A stretch of 64,000 bases of DNA from Puccinia triticina (GCA_026914245.1 CP110439.1:6324001-6388000); one strand, 5' to 3'. Positions 25,174-39,800 are shown, counted from the first letter of the stretch. A program made the numbers and translations. Notes: generated from the letters alone by a model not told the origin.

Positions 25174-26727
25174 GAGACTGAGCAGATTCAAGATTAAGCA
25201 GATATTCAAGGTTATTCTGGTGGGAATGCACGTCCACTGGCAATGCTACCTCTTTAGAAGAGTGCTGCCAAGCTGTGCTAGAGAGTGCTACAGGCTCCTC
25301 TCACCAAAGAAATGTGGAGGGCTTCTGGATTAGACAAGTTTAATCCAGCCACAATTCTTTAGCTTCCTTCTGGATAGTCAAGGTTCTTTAAAGGGAAACC
25401 TATGTGGTTTGTTTCTTACAAAAACCACAGAAAAAGAATGATGTTAAGCAGGGGCAGCCCTGTGATCAAAGAAGAGGCAAAGGCCAGAAAAAGAGGAGCA
25501 ATCAAAAAGACACAGATTTGTACCTCTGAGATAAACAAGGTTCAGTGAAAGAGGTTACTTACTGTCAATATCCTAGGTGCCTGTGACGGTAGGTATACTG
25601 GGAGCGTGGTAATCTCTTTGGTGGTGATCCTGGGGTTATCTGGGGTGTGGTTCTGGTGTGCTGGAGTCTGTAGATCCTCCTCAGGCAAGGGGGATCCTGA
25701 CTACAAAAATTTTCACAGTTTGCTTATGTAATTTACATATGTACATGTGGTTTGGCGCGCCTGGTAGCGCTGACACTTCACAACTGCGCATGCGCACCAC
25801 AACTCAAGAACTCAGGGAAGGAGCAGAGTTACAAAGAATTGGTAAGTTGTAACTAGGGTTAAAATTCCATGAGGAAACAGAATATGAAGTAAAAACAAGG
25901 ATATCTCTTAAGATGAAAAAGATATGAAGTAATTCATATGTAAAGAGTAGAAAAAGGCAGATTTAGGTCAGCTGTGTTGACTCTAAGGCTGACAGTTATT
26001 ATTGCAACTCTCCTTCATCCAGCTTAGCAGATGATTTTGTTCCAAAGTCAATTTGGATCCCACATCTAATTACAGGAAGCACTTCTCATGAGGAAAACAC
26101 CAATGCTGGATCAAGCCGAGCGTAACAAAGCCCGCGGCACCGCGGAGCCGTAGGTGTAAGCGGGGCTTATGCCTAACAACGGGTTTCTTGCGTGAGAGAA
26201 TCTCAAAATTAACCGTAGTGTTTCTTACTTTTCAATTATAAAATATTCAATTCCCTTTGTGCTCTTCTCGACTTATCCCAGCTGAGAGCTGGTATCTTGC
26301 CTTCAATCCTATGTATTCAGTTTCTCTGGTTTTTGTTTTGTTTTTTTTCTATCTTTTTTTGAAATGTACGACTTCTCGAAGTCTTCTCGGACCTTTACAG
26401 TTTTCTTTCCTGCCTAATTAAATGTTGTATTAACCCCATACCTATCAAATTAAATGCCAGACACGTGATACAACATTTTATTGCATGACAGAGCGAATAG
26501 AGATGCCATGCAAAAAAAGAGCGAGCAATCGTGAGATGAGAAAAAGAAAGAGATCGACAAGAAAACAAGCAGCACATAGGTATTAAATAAAAGGAAAGCA
26601 CTCCGAACGCATACACCTCAACCCTTGATCATCATCCTTTGTACATCGAAACTCCAAAAACTCGCCGACACCTTGTTCCAAGCATCACATAGAGCACTCA
26701 GCTTGAAATCTGGTCAATATCCTGAGA

Positions 26728-29054
26728 ATGCCGCCGACTAAAGGGAAGTCAGCAAAAGCTACGTTAGCAAAAAAATGGACCCGAATGGACGAGAGCGCCT
26801 TGCAACAAGCAATAGTTGACGACTGCTTGCCACGCTACCCTGAGAACGAGCCGCCAAAGCCAGTCCAAGTTGATGCGGTGGCAAACCTAGTCGCGGGACG
26901 GCACACGTTTGTCATGGCCGGGACGGGTTGCGGCAAATCCCGTATCTCGGAGATGTATTACAACCTTTTTGCTACAACAAGGAAGGCGGTCATTCTCGTA
27001 CTGAATCCGCTCAATGCGTTGGGCGACAATCAGGTCGCAGAGAAAACGGCTTCGGGGTACACTGCTGTTAACCTGAAGAATCAGAACTTCACTCAGGAAG
27101 TTGCGGCCGATATCCAGAAAGGAAAATACAATTTTGTTTACCTCAGCCCAGAGGTTTTCTTAAATAACGCCATGTTCTCGCAAATCTATCACGACACGGC
27201 CTTCCAAGATTGCCTTGCGTTGATTGTGGTCGACGAGGCACATATGATTTACACCTGGGGTCTTGTTGCCAACAAGGAAGCCAAGAAGTCGTCCGCGCAC
27301 AAACGTCATCAAGATCAAGCCGTATTCCGCCCATCGTATGGAGAACTTGGCCGTCAGATCATGGCGACTGAGAAAACTCAGGTCCTGTTCCTCTCGGCAA
27401 CTTGTCGACCAATTGCTGTCACCGAGATCCTCAGATTCCAGAGGATAACATTTCTTTCTCCCAAGCTGAGCTGACTCGGCCTGAGCTGCGCATACTTCGA
27501 TTTCCAATGGATTGTTCGCTCAAGTCAGCAAAAGATCTGCTACAGATGTTTCCAGGCAAAGCAGAAGTCGGAACTAAGGATATGGTACCAACGTTGATCT
27601 ACTCCGGCACCAGAAATGTGACACTCCAAGTTATGAAAGTCGTAAATGAGGCCCATGGTGCTGCTGGTGAAGAATATAATCCAGACAGTCCGTTGATTCG
27701 ACGATATCATGCCAGCACCGGCGAGATGGACAAGTTGGACACGATCTCCGGTTACGAGCGGGGGGATTTCTCGTCTGTTTCATGTACAATGGCCTTGGGG
27801 ATGGGCCAGAACTGGAAACGAGTTCGACGGGTCATCACTATGGGCCGCGGCGATCCCTCATGTATTAGTCAGATGATCGGTTGGTGCGGGCGTGATGGCA
27901 AGCCAGGACTAGCCATCCTATTTGTCGAGAAAAAACGCAAGTCCGGCTTGAACACCCCTGAAGCAGTCAAGAAAGCCGATAAACAGGCAAATGATACTCG
28001 CATGGATGCCCTGGCCATCACACCAGTCTGCATCCGCATTGCTTTGTCAATTGATAACCTGTCAGTTGATTGATTACTCTGCATATGATCTGCTTCCAAG
28101 GGACTTACTTAGCATTGATTTGACGGTAGGCACGGATACATACCGATGGACCAAGATGATGTAAATTATATCCACGAAGAATCTCGCGAGAGAACGGCAA
28201 AATTTGATCCGTGTAAATGCTCAAATTGTGATCCCGAGGAGGCCCAGATGTTGAAGGCTTGAATGCAACAGATTAGTAATCAGAACTTTGATCCGATCTT
28301 AGAGAATCCAAAAGAAATACCAGGGCCACTTCCTGCTCAGAAAGAGAAAAAAAAACACTCACGCGGTACCAAACCAAAAGAACGAGACCTCCGACCAATT
28401 GAGCTGAAAGTTTATTACAAATTGCTGGAGTCCTTCAAGTTATTTTTTACTGAAACTTACGGGCGGCCGCGGGCTTTTTCCTTGGAGCAAATCTTTGGGC
28501 CAACTGAGGCGGATACCATTGCGAGAAATTTGGATTAAATTAAAACTTGGAATGACATTGCTAAGCATGTCGGTGGGGAACAGCTGGATGGCGAGTTAGA
28601 GATGTTACAAAAGAGTTTGGAAGAATTTCGATCTGGGCCTGACTATCAAAACTATTTGAAAGAGCAAGAGGAATACTCCAAATACATAGATAGTGAAATG
28701 GCAAGATTACAAAACTTAAAGAGAAAGATCGTACCAATCAACTCGGCCCCGTCACAAAAATCGGCTCATTCAGCGCAGTCAAGATCAGTTAGAAAGCTTG
28801 CCACACTGCCAAGGTTGGACACAGTTACGCCCGGCAACGGAGAAGGGACGTCGTCGATTGTTGGAGCAAGAAAGCCCAGGGCCAGTGCGAGCCAAGTGCT
28901 GGAGAACAGGCGAATCTGGGCTGAAAACAAGACTAAAAAAGAGCAGGCCGAAGCCGAAAGAAAGTTAGAAGCAAAGAAGAAATGGGAGGCGGAAAAGGTG
29001 GTACTAGAAGAGTTCAAAAAAGCTCACGCCAATAAGAGACAAAAGCTCAGGTAA
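26728..29054 (+). pseudogene. RecQ-like superfamily 2 DEAH helicase of the AcademH-like element
   Basis: GTGCGKS (motif I), VVDEAH (II), LSAT (III), CTMALGMG (V), QMIGWCGRDG (VI, R changed to W) and a CKCSNC zinc motif. Frameshift near 27430, intron ~28060-28129, stops at 28260 and 28536. Confidence 0.88.
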
Positions 29055-29058
29055 ATAT

Positions 29059-32000
29059 TTAGTCTTCATCTTCTCCGCTTTCCAAATGATCGTCGTCACT
29101 GCTTCCAAAATTGTCCCTACCACTGCTTTCAAGATCGTTATCTGATCCACCCGGCTCTGAATCGCCCTCTGAGCTGATCTCTGATCCGTTATTATTTGAT
29201 TTGTTTAGTTGATTCTCGACTTGGGGGCTCCATTTCGTTATCGGTGGCGGTCGGAGTTTGTTGAGGGGTTTTCCCTTCTGCATAAATTCAATTTTCATTT
29301 TCTTGATTCCTAAGGCGTAAAAGTCCTCAACCTCGTTGGGGATAAGTTCGTTGAGCTTTGTAGCAATCGAGCAAGCGTCGTTTTGTCGACACATACGCAT
29401 AAAGTTGTTGAGTGATAAGAGATCGATCCGGTTATGATGTGATTGCGCAATCGGGTCCTTTTTGCAGTCAGATGTTAGTGTGCCTATTAAGTCTCGAAGC
29501 TACAAAGGATTCAAGTTAGAATCTTGATTCCTGTTGATAAAAGATGCAAACTACTTACCAAAGGCACATTTGGAGAGTAGACATCCTTGAGTCGATCAAT
29601 ATTGGAGCCCCGGCCGGTGTTGTTGAAGAAATGTTTTAACCAATAGTTTTGGTTTTCGAGGTAATGATCCTTCGCAACAAAATGCTTTTGTTTCCCATTT
29701 GGGGCTACAAACATGGAGTGTTTTATTATCTTACCCAGTCCTGGCGGTAGAATTTTGTTGAGAAGGATGATCATCCTGGGGAGTTGGATTGAGTAATTCG
29801 TCAATTTTTTTATTCCTTGGGCAATGACCGCCCACCGCTTCCAAACATTCATAATGCGCCCCATATCTCCGGCTTTCATTGCAGCGTTTCCTTCCACGAT
29901 AGTGGCGAAATCAGACAGTCTTAAAATTAGATTCAAGAGCTTTGGCAAAGTCTGAAGCCTGGCATCTTGTCTAGCCTCAATTGAGAAGAATCGATCGTAA
30001 GTCTGATTGATGACTTCTTTGATCCTTGCGCTAGACATTTTCGGAAGGTCTTCGGTGAGATGCTTCTCCTCAGTGCCCATAACAACCCTGCAAATGGAAT
30101 CAACGAGTCAAAAAACAGAGGCGCAAAACAAGATCAAAAAAGAGGAAAAAAACCCCGCTCACATGAGACAGTGAACTAAGCTGGCTCGATGAATCTTCTC
30201 GATGTTCTTAATCATTGTGGTGAAGTCTTTCTTGCCTGTCATGTTATTTGAGGGTATACCTAACGCATCAAGAAATCGCAATGCCCCTGAGTCGCGAGAG
30301 TCTGAGATATCTCCAACTTGCTTGGAGTAGATAGCCTGACTAATGTTCCACAGCGTGTGCACTCCCCCCAAAACTGTCACAACATTGATCAGACTTTCTT
30401 CTTGGTGTTGGCTGGGTATCCGCTGAGTTCGTAAAGTTGTGACGTTTGTGCAGGTAGCCAAGTCGCCATCAATTACTTGAAGCCGAGATGCAAAGTCGGA
30501 CATAGCTATATTTGTTGACTGATCAACAATGGCGTCAAACACTTCGCCAGCTCCTTGCGCCGAGTTGTTGGAGGCGATCATAAGCTTTAACATTGTTATA
30601 TCAGGAGGCTCAGTCGATATCTGATTGATTACCGGAGGAGTGGTACTGAGCAATATGTAACAATCAGATGGGGTGACTAAGTGATCGAGCATAGCTGAAG
30701 TGATCTGGCTCTTGATTACACACTCCCAATTCACTTCTTCCTTTGGTGTTGGCAGCAACATTCGAGAGTGGACATCAAAGGTTTCCAATTTTGACATTGC
30801 CTGCAGATAGCTTTCAAGACTGAGCTCGCAGGAAGGAACTGAGGCAACTAGCTTCGGGTTGGGGTGGTGGATGTAACCCCAGGTTCCATGGAACATACGG
30901 TTAGACTGGCTGACGGACTTCGTTTGGATCCTCTGTTTGAAATCAAGGTTGTCAAAGCATAGGAAAGCTCCCAGAGTCGGGGCAACTTGCTTGGAAAGCT
31001 TGCTGGAAATTTGGAGGCAAGATCTTCGGCTTAGGGTGTTCAGTGCGTGATGAGCAGTTTTTCGAGACAAGGATAATCCAATATAGTTCAAAAAGAAATT
31101 GACCCAATCGGTGACCCCGCATGCAAGGAAAGTTAGGGAGTTCGCAAGTTGATGGCCGTTATTTCTGCGGTTTTTGACAAACGCCACCATTGAGCAGATG
31201 GTCTTTGCGACCTGTTTTTAGAAAAGAGAAGAAAGATCAAAAGTTAGTCTCACAGGGGAAAAACATCAATACAAATAATGAGAAGCTGAAAGTCGTACCA
31301 TGTAAGCTCGTTTATTGGGATCAAGGGGTAATTCAACATCTACCTCATCGTTCGGCTTGAGTCCGTTTCCATCCAAATCCGTTGGAGGGACAGCTTCTTT
31401 CTGGTTGGGATCGTCATCTTCGAGGTTGGGATCAATCGCGGCGCCCGGGTGACTCGCTAGCTTTTGGTAGATCAGTTCGAACAAGAAGGGCATGTGATCC
31501 GTCACAAGTTTGTGATCTGTTTTCACTTTTGATTCGGGAGTAAACATCTCTTCAGTTATCGATTTTGTGTTGTGGTATCCGCCCTTGGGGTAAGCTCCAC
31601 TCGGCGGTCGTTGAAATGTTACGATTTTGGACGCCTGGTTTTTTTAAAAAAGCAAGTAAAGTAGTTAGCCAAAAAATCACCTAATAAATATCAACTTGCG
31701 GACAAAAAGAGTAATCTGAAAAGACTCTACCTCGTCAAGTATAAACCTCTCCCATCGCCCTTTGCCACTTTTATGTTTGGAAACAAACCCACGAATTGTC
31801 TCAAATAGTTTCAACGTCGAGTCCCATCCCCTTTTGCACCTCCAGTATTGGCGTTGAAAAGCAATTTCGTGGTTTTCAATAGTGAGGAAGGAAGAGAGGA
31901 ATGTCTTTGGGGTCAGATTCATCTCTGTCATGCGAGAACATACCGCCTTGAGTTTTGAAAGTTCGGTTTGTTTCTTTTTCTTGTGGTTGAACTGGATGGT

Positions 32001-33870
32001 GTGCAGTACCATGATTTTGCTGTTGGGATGCTCGGAGAGATTGGTTTTGGATGGTCGGAGGGATTGCTTTTGAACAGTTGGAGGGATTGCTGTTGGGATG
32101 ATTGGAGGGATTGGTTTCTGGATGATCGGAGGGATTGGAATCTTGTATACGACGACTGTATGCGGTTGATTGAGAGGGAGAGAGTGATTGAGAGAGGTTG
32201 TTTGAAAAAAAGAAGAGTGATCGGGAGAAAAGTCAGAATGGTCGAAAAAAAGAGGAGGGCTCCGAAAAAAAGAGGAGCTCGAAAAGCCCATGGCTTTGCC
32301 GGTAAGCGGCCAAGAATCCAAAAGTTTGCGTATTTTTTTCGGGCATGGAGGGGAGGGATTGTGAGAATTTTGAATACACAGTTTGGTTAGGAAAATTACA
32401 GGCTTTGAGCCATGACGACAAAAAAAAAACTCGTCTAAAACTAAGTTGTGCAGGTGGTGGCGACATCGGCTGCCACCAAAGTTTGCAGATTCTCTCAGGC
32501 CAAAAAGCCTGATAATTCCTAAGTCCTCTCCCTGCGGGAGAGATCTCGATGCTATGCATCTCGACCAGGCCAATTGGGTGCCCCCCGGCCGCTGCGGGGA
32601 CGAGGGGCTTAGTTAAGTTCGGGATCAAGCGGGAATGAGACTAGAAGAGCCCGCAGGGTGGGCAAGTTGTTATTGCTACTCCAGCTGTTGTTGTGTGTGT
32701 GAAAGACGGGATCCATGACGGACAAGGGTTTTTTGGACCGACTGGACACGGTGAGACTGCTTAGTTGGTTCTGCTGATCTGAATGGACACCCGAGGGCAC
32801 TCGAGAGGGCGCCCTGGAGATCGGCAGGGGCGATGGCGAGCTCACTCTTTGAGCTTTGTCGGACATTGGGTTGAAGCCCAGTCGTGGAAGTGAGGTTGAA
32901 GCAGCAGTCAACTGAGGGTCTACATAGTTCGGTGATCTCGTCAGCGAGGTTGATCTGGGGACGCGCAGTATCTTTCGGAGGGGTTAACAACTGCGGGACT
33001 TCGTGACAACAGATGGGGCCTCTCCCATCGAAGTACGTGGTTCGCGCCCGGAGCTAGAAGCGCTCATGCCGAGGGCGGTTGATAAGGTGGGGGCGAGCTG
33101 AGCCAAGACATCCGCCAGGTTAATTTGGCTGCCATCCATCGACTCGTTTTCGGTGTCGGTTGCTAAACCAGCCCGGGGGACTAGACGCGAGCTTGGAATC
33201 GTTTGGATGCGTGTGTTGGGATTGACGCGCTTGCCAGATTGGGGGAGTGTTTCCTGAGCACTTCAACCCAGGTTGGGCCTGTCTGCCTCCCTTGCCCGAG
33301 GATTGTTCGAGTGCTCTGACCAGCTTTGCCGATCGGCTCGACATCATGAACACCCGTCGGATTCGACCGATCAGCAAGATCATCATCGATATTTACGATT
33401 GGAGGTGGCCCGGGTTGTGAAGATCCATTCTCAGTTTATTTAGTCGCTGCTTGTTCGAGATCGACTTGGATGGCAGCTTGGCCAAGAGCCGGACGATTTG
33501 AAGGGAGTCGATCTGAATTCTCGGCTTTGAGAGACTGAAGGGCTGATGTGAGTGTTCATCGGGGCTACGAGTCCGAGGGGTGAGACGAAGGAGGATGGAT
33601 CAGAAGCGCTGTATAAACTGCTTCGCCGAGTAGCTGGTAGTTCATGAGCCGATGATATGCTCGGAAGTTGACCGCACACGGTACTACTACCGTGTAGAGC
33701 TGATTTCGCCGGGGAGCGGGATGCCGGACTGGGCTGATGGTTTGTAGCGGTGCAAGGTTGACAGAAGCTGGATCTGGCCTTCGTTTGACCAGGCCCCCAC
33801 TCGCCGCCATATTAGAGCGGGTGCGAGGAGTATTAGGGTGAGTTGGACGCGGTGGGCTGAGCTTGAGCAT
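29059..33870 (-). pseudogene. Academ-type (DUF6589-like) transposase, multi-exon and degenerate; the 5' end is uncertain
   Basis: Motifs FLCFDNLDF, MFHGTWGY, VIDGDLAT, LGGVHTLWN, AMKAGDMGR and FVAKDHYLENQN. Introns lie between ORF blocks 31677-32000, 31266-31547, 30159-31190, 29511-30080 and 29059-29400. Confidence 0.72.
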
Positions 33871-35325
33871 TGGAGACTCATTGCTTGTCCTTGTGTGGAG
33901 TGACTGGTGCCAAGGTCTCTGGAAGCTAAACGAAAATCCTCATTTTCTTCAAGATCTTGAATCTTTTGGGGAACGATCGTTCTGCTCCCATCGAGAGCAT
34001 AGACTTTGGGCGTGAGTGTCGAAGGAAAAGAGGGGGTGAGCCAACAGTATACACTTTGTGAATTTAAAAGACACTCACCTCACATATGACCATTCCGTTG
34101 CCAACAAGATATCACTTCTGACTTCGAGCACCTTCAAGCTCCTGAACCTGGTCGTTGGAATCAACCCAATCACCAGGAAAAAAAAATAGTCACTTGATGA
34201 CAAGTGACATCATGCCAGCTCCAGCGGGCTACCCACCATCTACCCACCATCTACCCATCATCTACCCACCATCTACCCACCATCTAACCAGTTTAAGAAT
34301 TTCCTCAGGAGATCCTCAGTTTTTGCTGGGCACCACTGATCCCCATTTCTGGTCAGCTGATACTCAGCTTTAGCTCCCAGCTTATGCTCAGCTTTGGTGC
34401 CCAGCTCATGCTCAGCTTTGTTGCCCAGATCAGAACCAGTCCTGGCCCAGCTTATTTTCAGCTTTATTCCAGTCATGGCTCAGCTTAGACTCAGATTAGG
34501 ACTATCATTGGCCCAGCCAATGCTCAGCTTTGGACCAGTATTGGCTCAGCTGATTTTCAGCTTTGGATAAATCTTGGCCCAGCCAATGCTCAGATTCTGA
34601 TTCTGACCACTCCTGTAAAAGCTTATGCTCATCTGTGGACCAGCCTTGGCTCAGCTGATGCTCAGCTGTGGACCAACCTTGGCTAAGACAATGCTCAGCT
34701 GTGGACCAGCCTTGGCTCAGCTGATGCTCAGCTGTGGACCAGCCTTGGCTCAGCTGATGCTCAGCTGTGGAACAGCCTTGGCTCAGGTGGTATTAATCTT
34801 TTGAATAGTCGCAAAAAATCTGATACTCAGCTTTGGAACAGCCTTGGCTCAGCCAATGCTCAGCTTTGTACCAGCATTGGCTCAGCCAATGCTCAGCTTT
34901 TGAAAATTTTTGGCCCAGCTGGTTTTAATCTTTGGAACAGTATTGTCCCAGCTGATCCTAAGCTCTGCACAAGCCTTTTCCAAGATGATGCTCAGCTTTG
35001 GACCATTGTTGGCTAAGCTGATGCTCAGATTTGGAATATTCTTGGTCCAGCTGACACTTGGATTTGTTTCAGGCTTGGAATATCCAATGCTCAGCTGTGG
35101 CCCAGGCTCAGCCAATGCTTAGCTTTGGCCCAGGCTCAGTCAATGCCTACTGCTCAGCTTATGATGAGCATCAGCTGTTCCTGGGAAAAAATTAGGATCA
35201 GCTGACTGTGCCACATTGAGTGCTCTGGTGCAGTCCTGCAAGCTCTACAAGTGCTGGAGGAGCAGACTTGGAGCAGCGCTGGAGTAGCTCTGGAGCAGAA
35301 ACCAAAGCTGCATCATGTCACTTGC

Positions 35326-36772
35326 TGTCAGCCTGCGTGATGCCAAGGACAATAATCCTTCTAGCTACACGAGCTGCAAAGTGAAATACTAGAGTTTTAA
35401 GGACTCTGGGGATGATATCCAAGGCTTTGGAGAGGTTGTGTGGCGTAAAAAATAGAGAAATAGTAGTTTAATTATATTAATAAAATTAATATAATTAAAA
35501 TAAGAGGGGCCTGCAAGCAGGGGTGGTTTAGATCCCTCTAAGGTATCGTGCAAAAGCAGAAGATTTAGGTACCTGTTAGTACTGGGGCCTGCAAGCAGGG
35601 GTGGTTTAGATCCCAGCAAGAATGAAGCGGAGAATCTCAAGAGAAAGGGGTTAAACTTACTAGAATTAAGCCCTTAAAGTCTTGAGGTTCTTCAGGGGAG
35701 AATCTGAGCAGATTCAGACGAAGGAATTGAGCTAAAGTCAGCAACTAAGGATCTTACCAGGCAGAGAACAGGTGTTGAGCACGTGTTGGAAGCGGGTAAT
35801 GATCAGAGTAGGTGTAATAGCATGAGGGAGGGTCTTTGGAGCGCACAGAGGGCCCTTTAAATAGTCATGAAAGCCCTCAGGGAGCGCTCAGGGAGCCATA
35901 TAGCTGCTGGCCAACTTGTGGGCGTAATTCTGGCTCAATTTGGCGGTTGGCCAACTTGTGGGCGTGATTTTAGACCAATTTGGCAACGCTACAGGAGGAC
36001 TATTCCTTTTTGGGGCGTGCAAATGGCTGCAAAAGTAATATTTGGCCGTATCAGGACTAGTCTAAAACACTTCTAACTAGTAGGGGTTGTTACGTGTGTC
36101 CTATCTTCTAGATTGGGCCACTTATGATGCTCCTGTATCATAATTAGTCTGAAACACATGGTAATTGTTTCAGGCTAATTTACAGGTTACATAATAGTAA
36201 TTACTGTTTGGGACATGCAGACTGTCACGTGTGGCCAATTGTTCTGCTTTGGTCTACATAATGACATCACATGTACCAATTGGTTGGTACTTCTTATCTT
36301 TGTGCGTCAAGAATGTTTTATTTACATCATTACATATGTAATGGAACATTCTAGGCGCTCATGGGACTCAGAAGGTGTCATATCTTCATAGTATGGCGTG
36401 ATCACGTCCTTTTTGGGTGTCTGTGGCGCTTACAAGCATATGTACATGAGCATATAAGCATGAGCGCTACCTTATCCGTGGTAACTGGGTATATTTTCAT
36501 GTGTAATTTACACAGGGAAGGAGTAAGAGTTTAGGGTACGTTGCAGTGAGGTACCCTAGTTTATTTTAGGCGTAGATTAGGAATCTGAAGTAATATTCTA
36601 CAATTTACATATGTAAGAGTGCGTAATAATGTCTCTTTCATAGGTAATATTTATACTTTTTATAGTGTTACATATGTAGGAGATTAGTAATAATGTCTCT
36701 AACATATGTAACAATTTATTATTTTTCTGTGATATTATGTCACGGTGGCTCTGACATAGTAGCCAGCTGACA
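35326..36772 (-). repeat. 3' LTR of the chromovirus
   Basis: Direct repeat of 43987-45433 (offset 8661). The ORF track gives identical peptides in both copies. Confidence 0.97.
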
Positions 36773-36787
36773 TTCCCTACCCCTAAG
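36773..36787 (-). promoter_or_regulatory. Polypurine tract
   Basis: Minus strand CTTAGGGGTAGGGAA immediately before the 3' LTR. Confidence 0.85.
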
Positions 36788-36895
36788 ATGAGTCTCCAAC
36801 TCAAACAAAAAAAAAAAAAAAAAAAAAATTGGGCTCATATAAAGCAACAAATCCAAACAGGGGGTAAGCTTGGGAGAAGAAAAAAAAAAAAATTA

Positions 36896-39800
36896 CTAGT
36901 TTCTTTTGGACACCCTGTAATTCCTGAGGTGTATAGCACCGTCCGGTATATTATTCTCCGGCAACCATTCATCTTTGTCGGCTGATTGGTGTTTATACCT
37001 GACCAAATAAAGACGTATATCTTTCCCTTGTATCCTTTCTTTCTTGTCTTTAAGAATTTTCTGCACCTTCAATTGTCCTGAAGGGGGAGTTTCAATAAGG
37101 GGTACTGGCGCTACAGGTCCTGGGCATTTTTCAGACCTGGCAGAATAGGGTTTCACCAAGCTAACAGGGAATACTGGATGTTTCCTGGACAGTTCTTCAG
37201 TCAAAATGACTTCTACTGCATTTTTACCGTGTAGCTGTTTAATGGTAAAGGGTCCTATAAATGGAGGTTTAAGCTTTTTGCTCCCACCCAAATTGTTAAA
37301 ATTAATGGTGGAGAGGAGAATTTTTTGGCCTACTTTGAACTCTGGTTCCTTGTGACTTTTGTCCCATCTACCCTTATTGTATTCTACAGCATCATCTACA
37401 CATTTTCTGGCGTGTTTTTGAGTAGAATCCAGCATCTTTTTGAAGTCTAATGCTGTGGGGTGCAGATGAGGCAATTTATCATTAAGTGTGTCTTTAGGCA
37501 TGCGGGGAATCCATCCTCTTTCTAAGACATAAGGAGCTTCTTTTGTTGAGGAATGCTTGCTACTATTGTACGCAATCTCTAGAGCTGGTAAAAGGCTTAC
37601 CCAGTCATGTGTGTATCCATCATGATTTTTGAATTCAAACCCAAAGGAACAGAATCTGCGTAACATATCTTCCAAGGTTTGTATCATTCTCTCGGCTAGC
37701 CCATCCGTTTGGGGGTGGTATGCTGTAGAGAAAGCCAGTTTAGTTCCTAGCATATCATGCAAGTTTCTCCAGAATTCTGACGTGAATTTGGGGTCTCTGT
37801 CACTGATGATGATTTTAGGTATTCCTACGTCAGCCATAATCCTGTTCCAAAATAACAAGGCTACTTCCATAGCTGTGTCATCTTTATGGTTAGGGATGAA
37901 TCTGGCCCTTTTAGAGAACCTGTCCACAACAACTAGTACTGAGTTAAAGGAATAAGGTCCTCCTGGAGGTAAACCAGTTACAAAATCCATATTAATTATT
38001 TCCCATTTTTCCGTGGGCTCTTGGATTTTCTGGAGAAGTCCAAATCTTTTACCAGTCTGTTTGTTACCTTTCTGACAGACGTCACAGGACTGGATATAAT
38101 CATGTACCTGTGCTTTCCAATCAATCCACCAAGCAGTTTGTTTGATCCTCTCCACTGTCCTTTCTTCTGAGAAGTGGCCAGAATTAACATTATCATGGCA
38201 CTCTTGCAAGATGTTTCTAATCTGGTCTTTGTCACTCAGAACTAACACGCTGGAGTGCCTGTGGCGAAAATATAGCAATCCATCAAGTAATGTAAATTTT
38301 CCAAGTTTGTAGTGTTGGGCTAGACTATCCGGTAGACTGGCTATCAGCTCAGGTGGACTACTATTATTTCCCAGTATCTCCACTAACTTGAGTAATTCAC
38401 AATTCTCATCGTAGCTTCTCTGAACCATTTCATAGAAAGCCTCATCCAAGTCACAGACATGTATACCAAGAATGGGAAAAATATCCTCATCTTCAGGATC
38501 ATATGCCGGATTTTCAGGAGTATTAGGCAAAGCCCATCTACTTAATCCATCAGCATTTTTATGTTTAGCTCCTGCTTTGTGAACAATTGTCATATGACCT
38601 CTGTAAAGCTGTATTGCAATTTGCCACCGGAGCATATGCCTGTTAGGTGTTTTCATATTCATAAGAGTTCTTACAGCTGTGCAGTCTGAAACAACTACAA
38701 AGTTGGATCCTTCTAGATAATAGTGGAGTTTTTCCAGCGCCCAAACCAAAGCTAGACATTCCATCTGGCTGGCTCCGTACCTTCTTTCTGTACTTTTAAT
38801 TTGTCTAGAAATGAAGAGGATAGGTTTTTCCACTGGTTTATCCTCTATAATGAATTCTTGATGCAATGCAGCACCTAGACCATCTAGACAGGCGTCAATA
38901 TAGAGTATGAATGGTTTCGTGTAATCTGGTTGCGCCAAAACAGGCGCAGAAGTGAGGAGTCTCTTCAGTTCTTCATAATCTTGAACCCTTTCATATGTCA
39001 TCTCAAAGATGGCGTCATTACCACAGATGGCGTACAAGCTCTTACTGACGTGGGCAAACTGTGGTACGTGTTGCCTATAGTAGCTGCAAAATCCTAAGAA
39101 GGACATGAGTTCTGTTTTGTTCTGGGGCATGGATTTACACATCACAGCCGCAACTTTATTCTGATCTGTTGCAAGAGTAAGGCCTGAAACTACACGTCCT
39201 AGCGCTATTAATTCGCCATAACCAAAGTTACACTTCTTAATAGACATTTTCAACCCAGATTTTATAGCAGTACTCAAGACTAAATTAATTTTCTCCAGAT
39301 GGGTATCCCAATCATCAGAATAAATTATTATGTCATCAATGTACACCATCATCCAATTTTGTCGAATAAAAGATCCAAAAATTGAATCCATCATTCTTTG
39401 GAAGTGGGAGGGCGCATTCTTAATTCCAAAAGGCATCCTGAGGTATTCAAAAATTCCTAGGTGACAAATAATTCTGAGGAATTGTCTACTTTCTGGATCT
39501 ATAGGGATCTGGTGAAAACCTTTGAGCACATCCATAGTGGTAATGTATTTGGCTTTGGATAAATTATGCAAGGAGTGATCTATGCGTGGTATGGGATAAT
39601 AATCAGGTCTGGTATAATTATTAAGGGCACGAAAATCTCCCACCATCCTGGATTTTTCATTATGCCATGCAATAATCACAGGAGTTGTGACTTCTACTTG
39701 CTCATTATGCCCTACTTTCCGTAATACTCCCAATTCCTGCAGCTCTTTGATGTGAGTTTCAAGGGCCTCTCTGGATTTGGGGCTGGAAGGGTAAGGGGGT

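Noticed and set aside
24540..26050. Retroelement remnant (possible LTR plus a CxxC-containing fragment)
   Set aside because: Too decayed to assign ends, TSD or family from the sequence alone.
26728..29054. Host SGS1/RecQ gene
   Set aside because: It has a frameshift and stops, no visible HRDC or long N-terminus, and is paired with a transposase.
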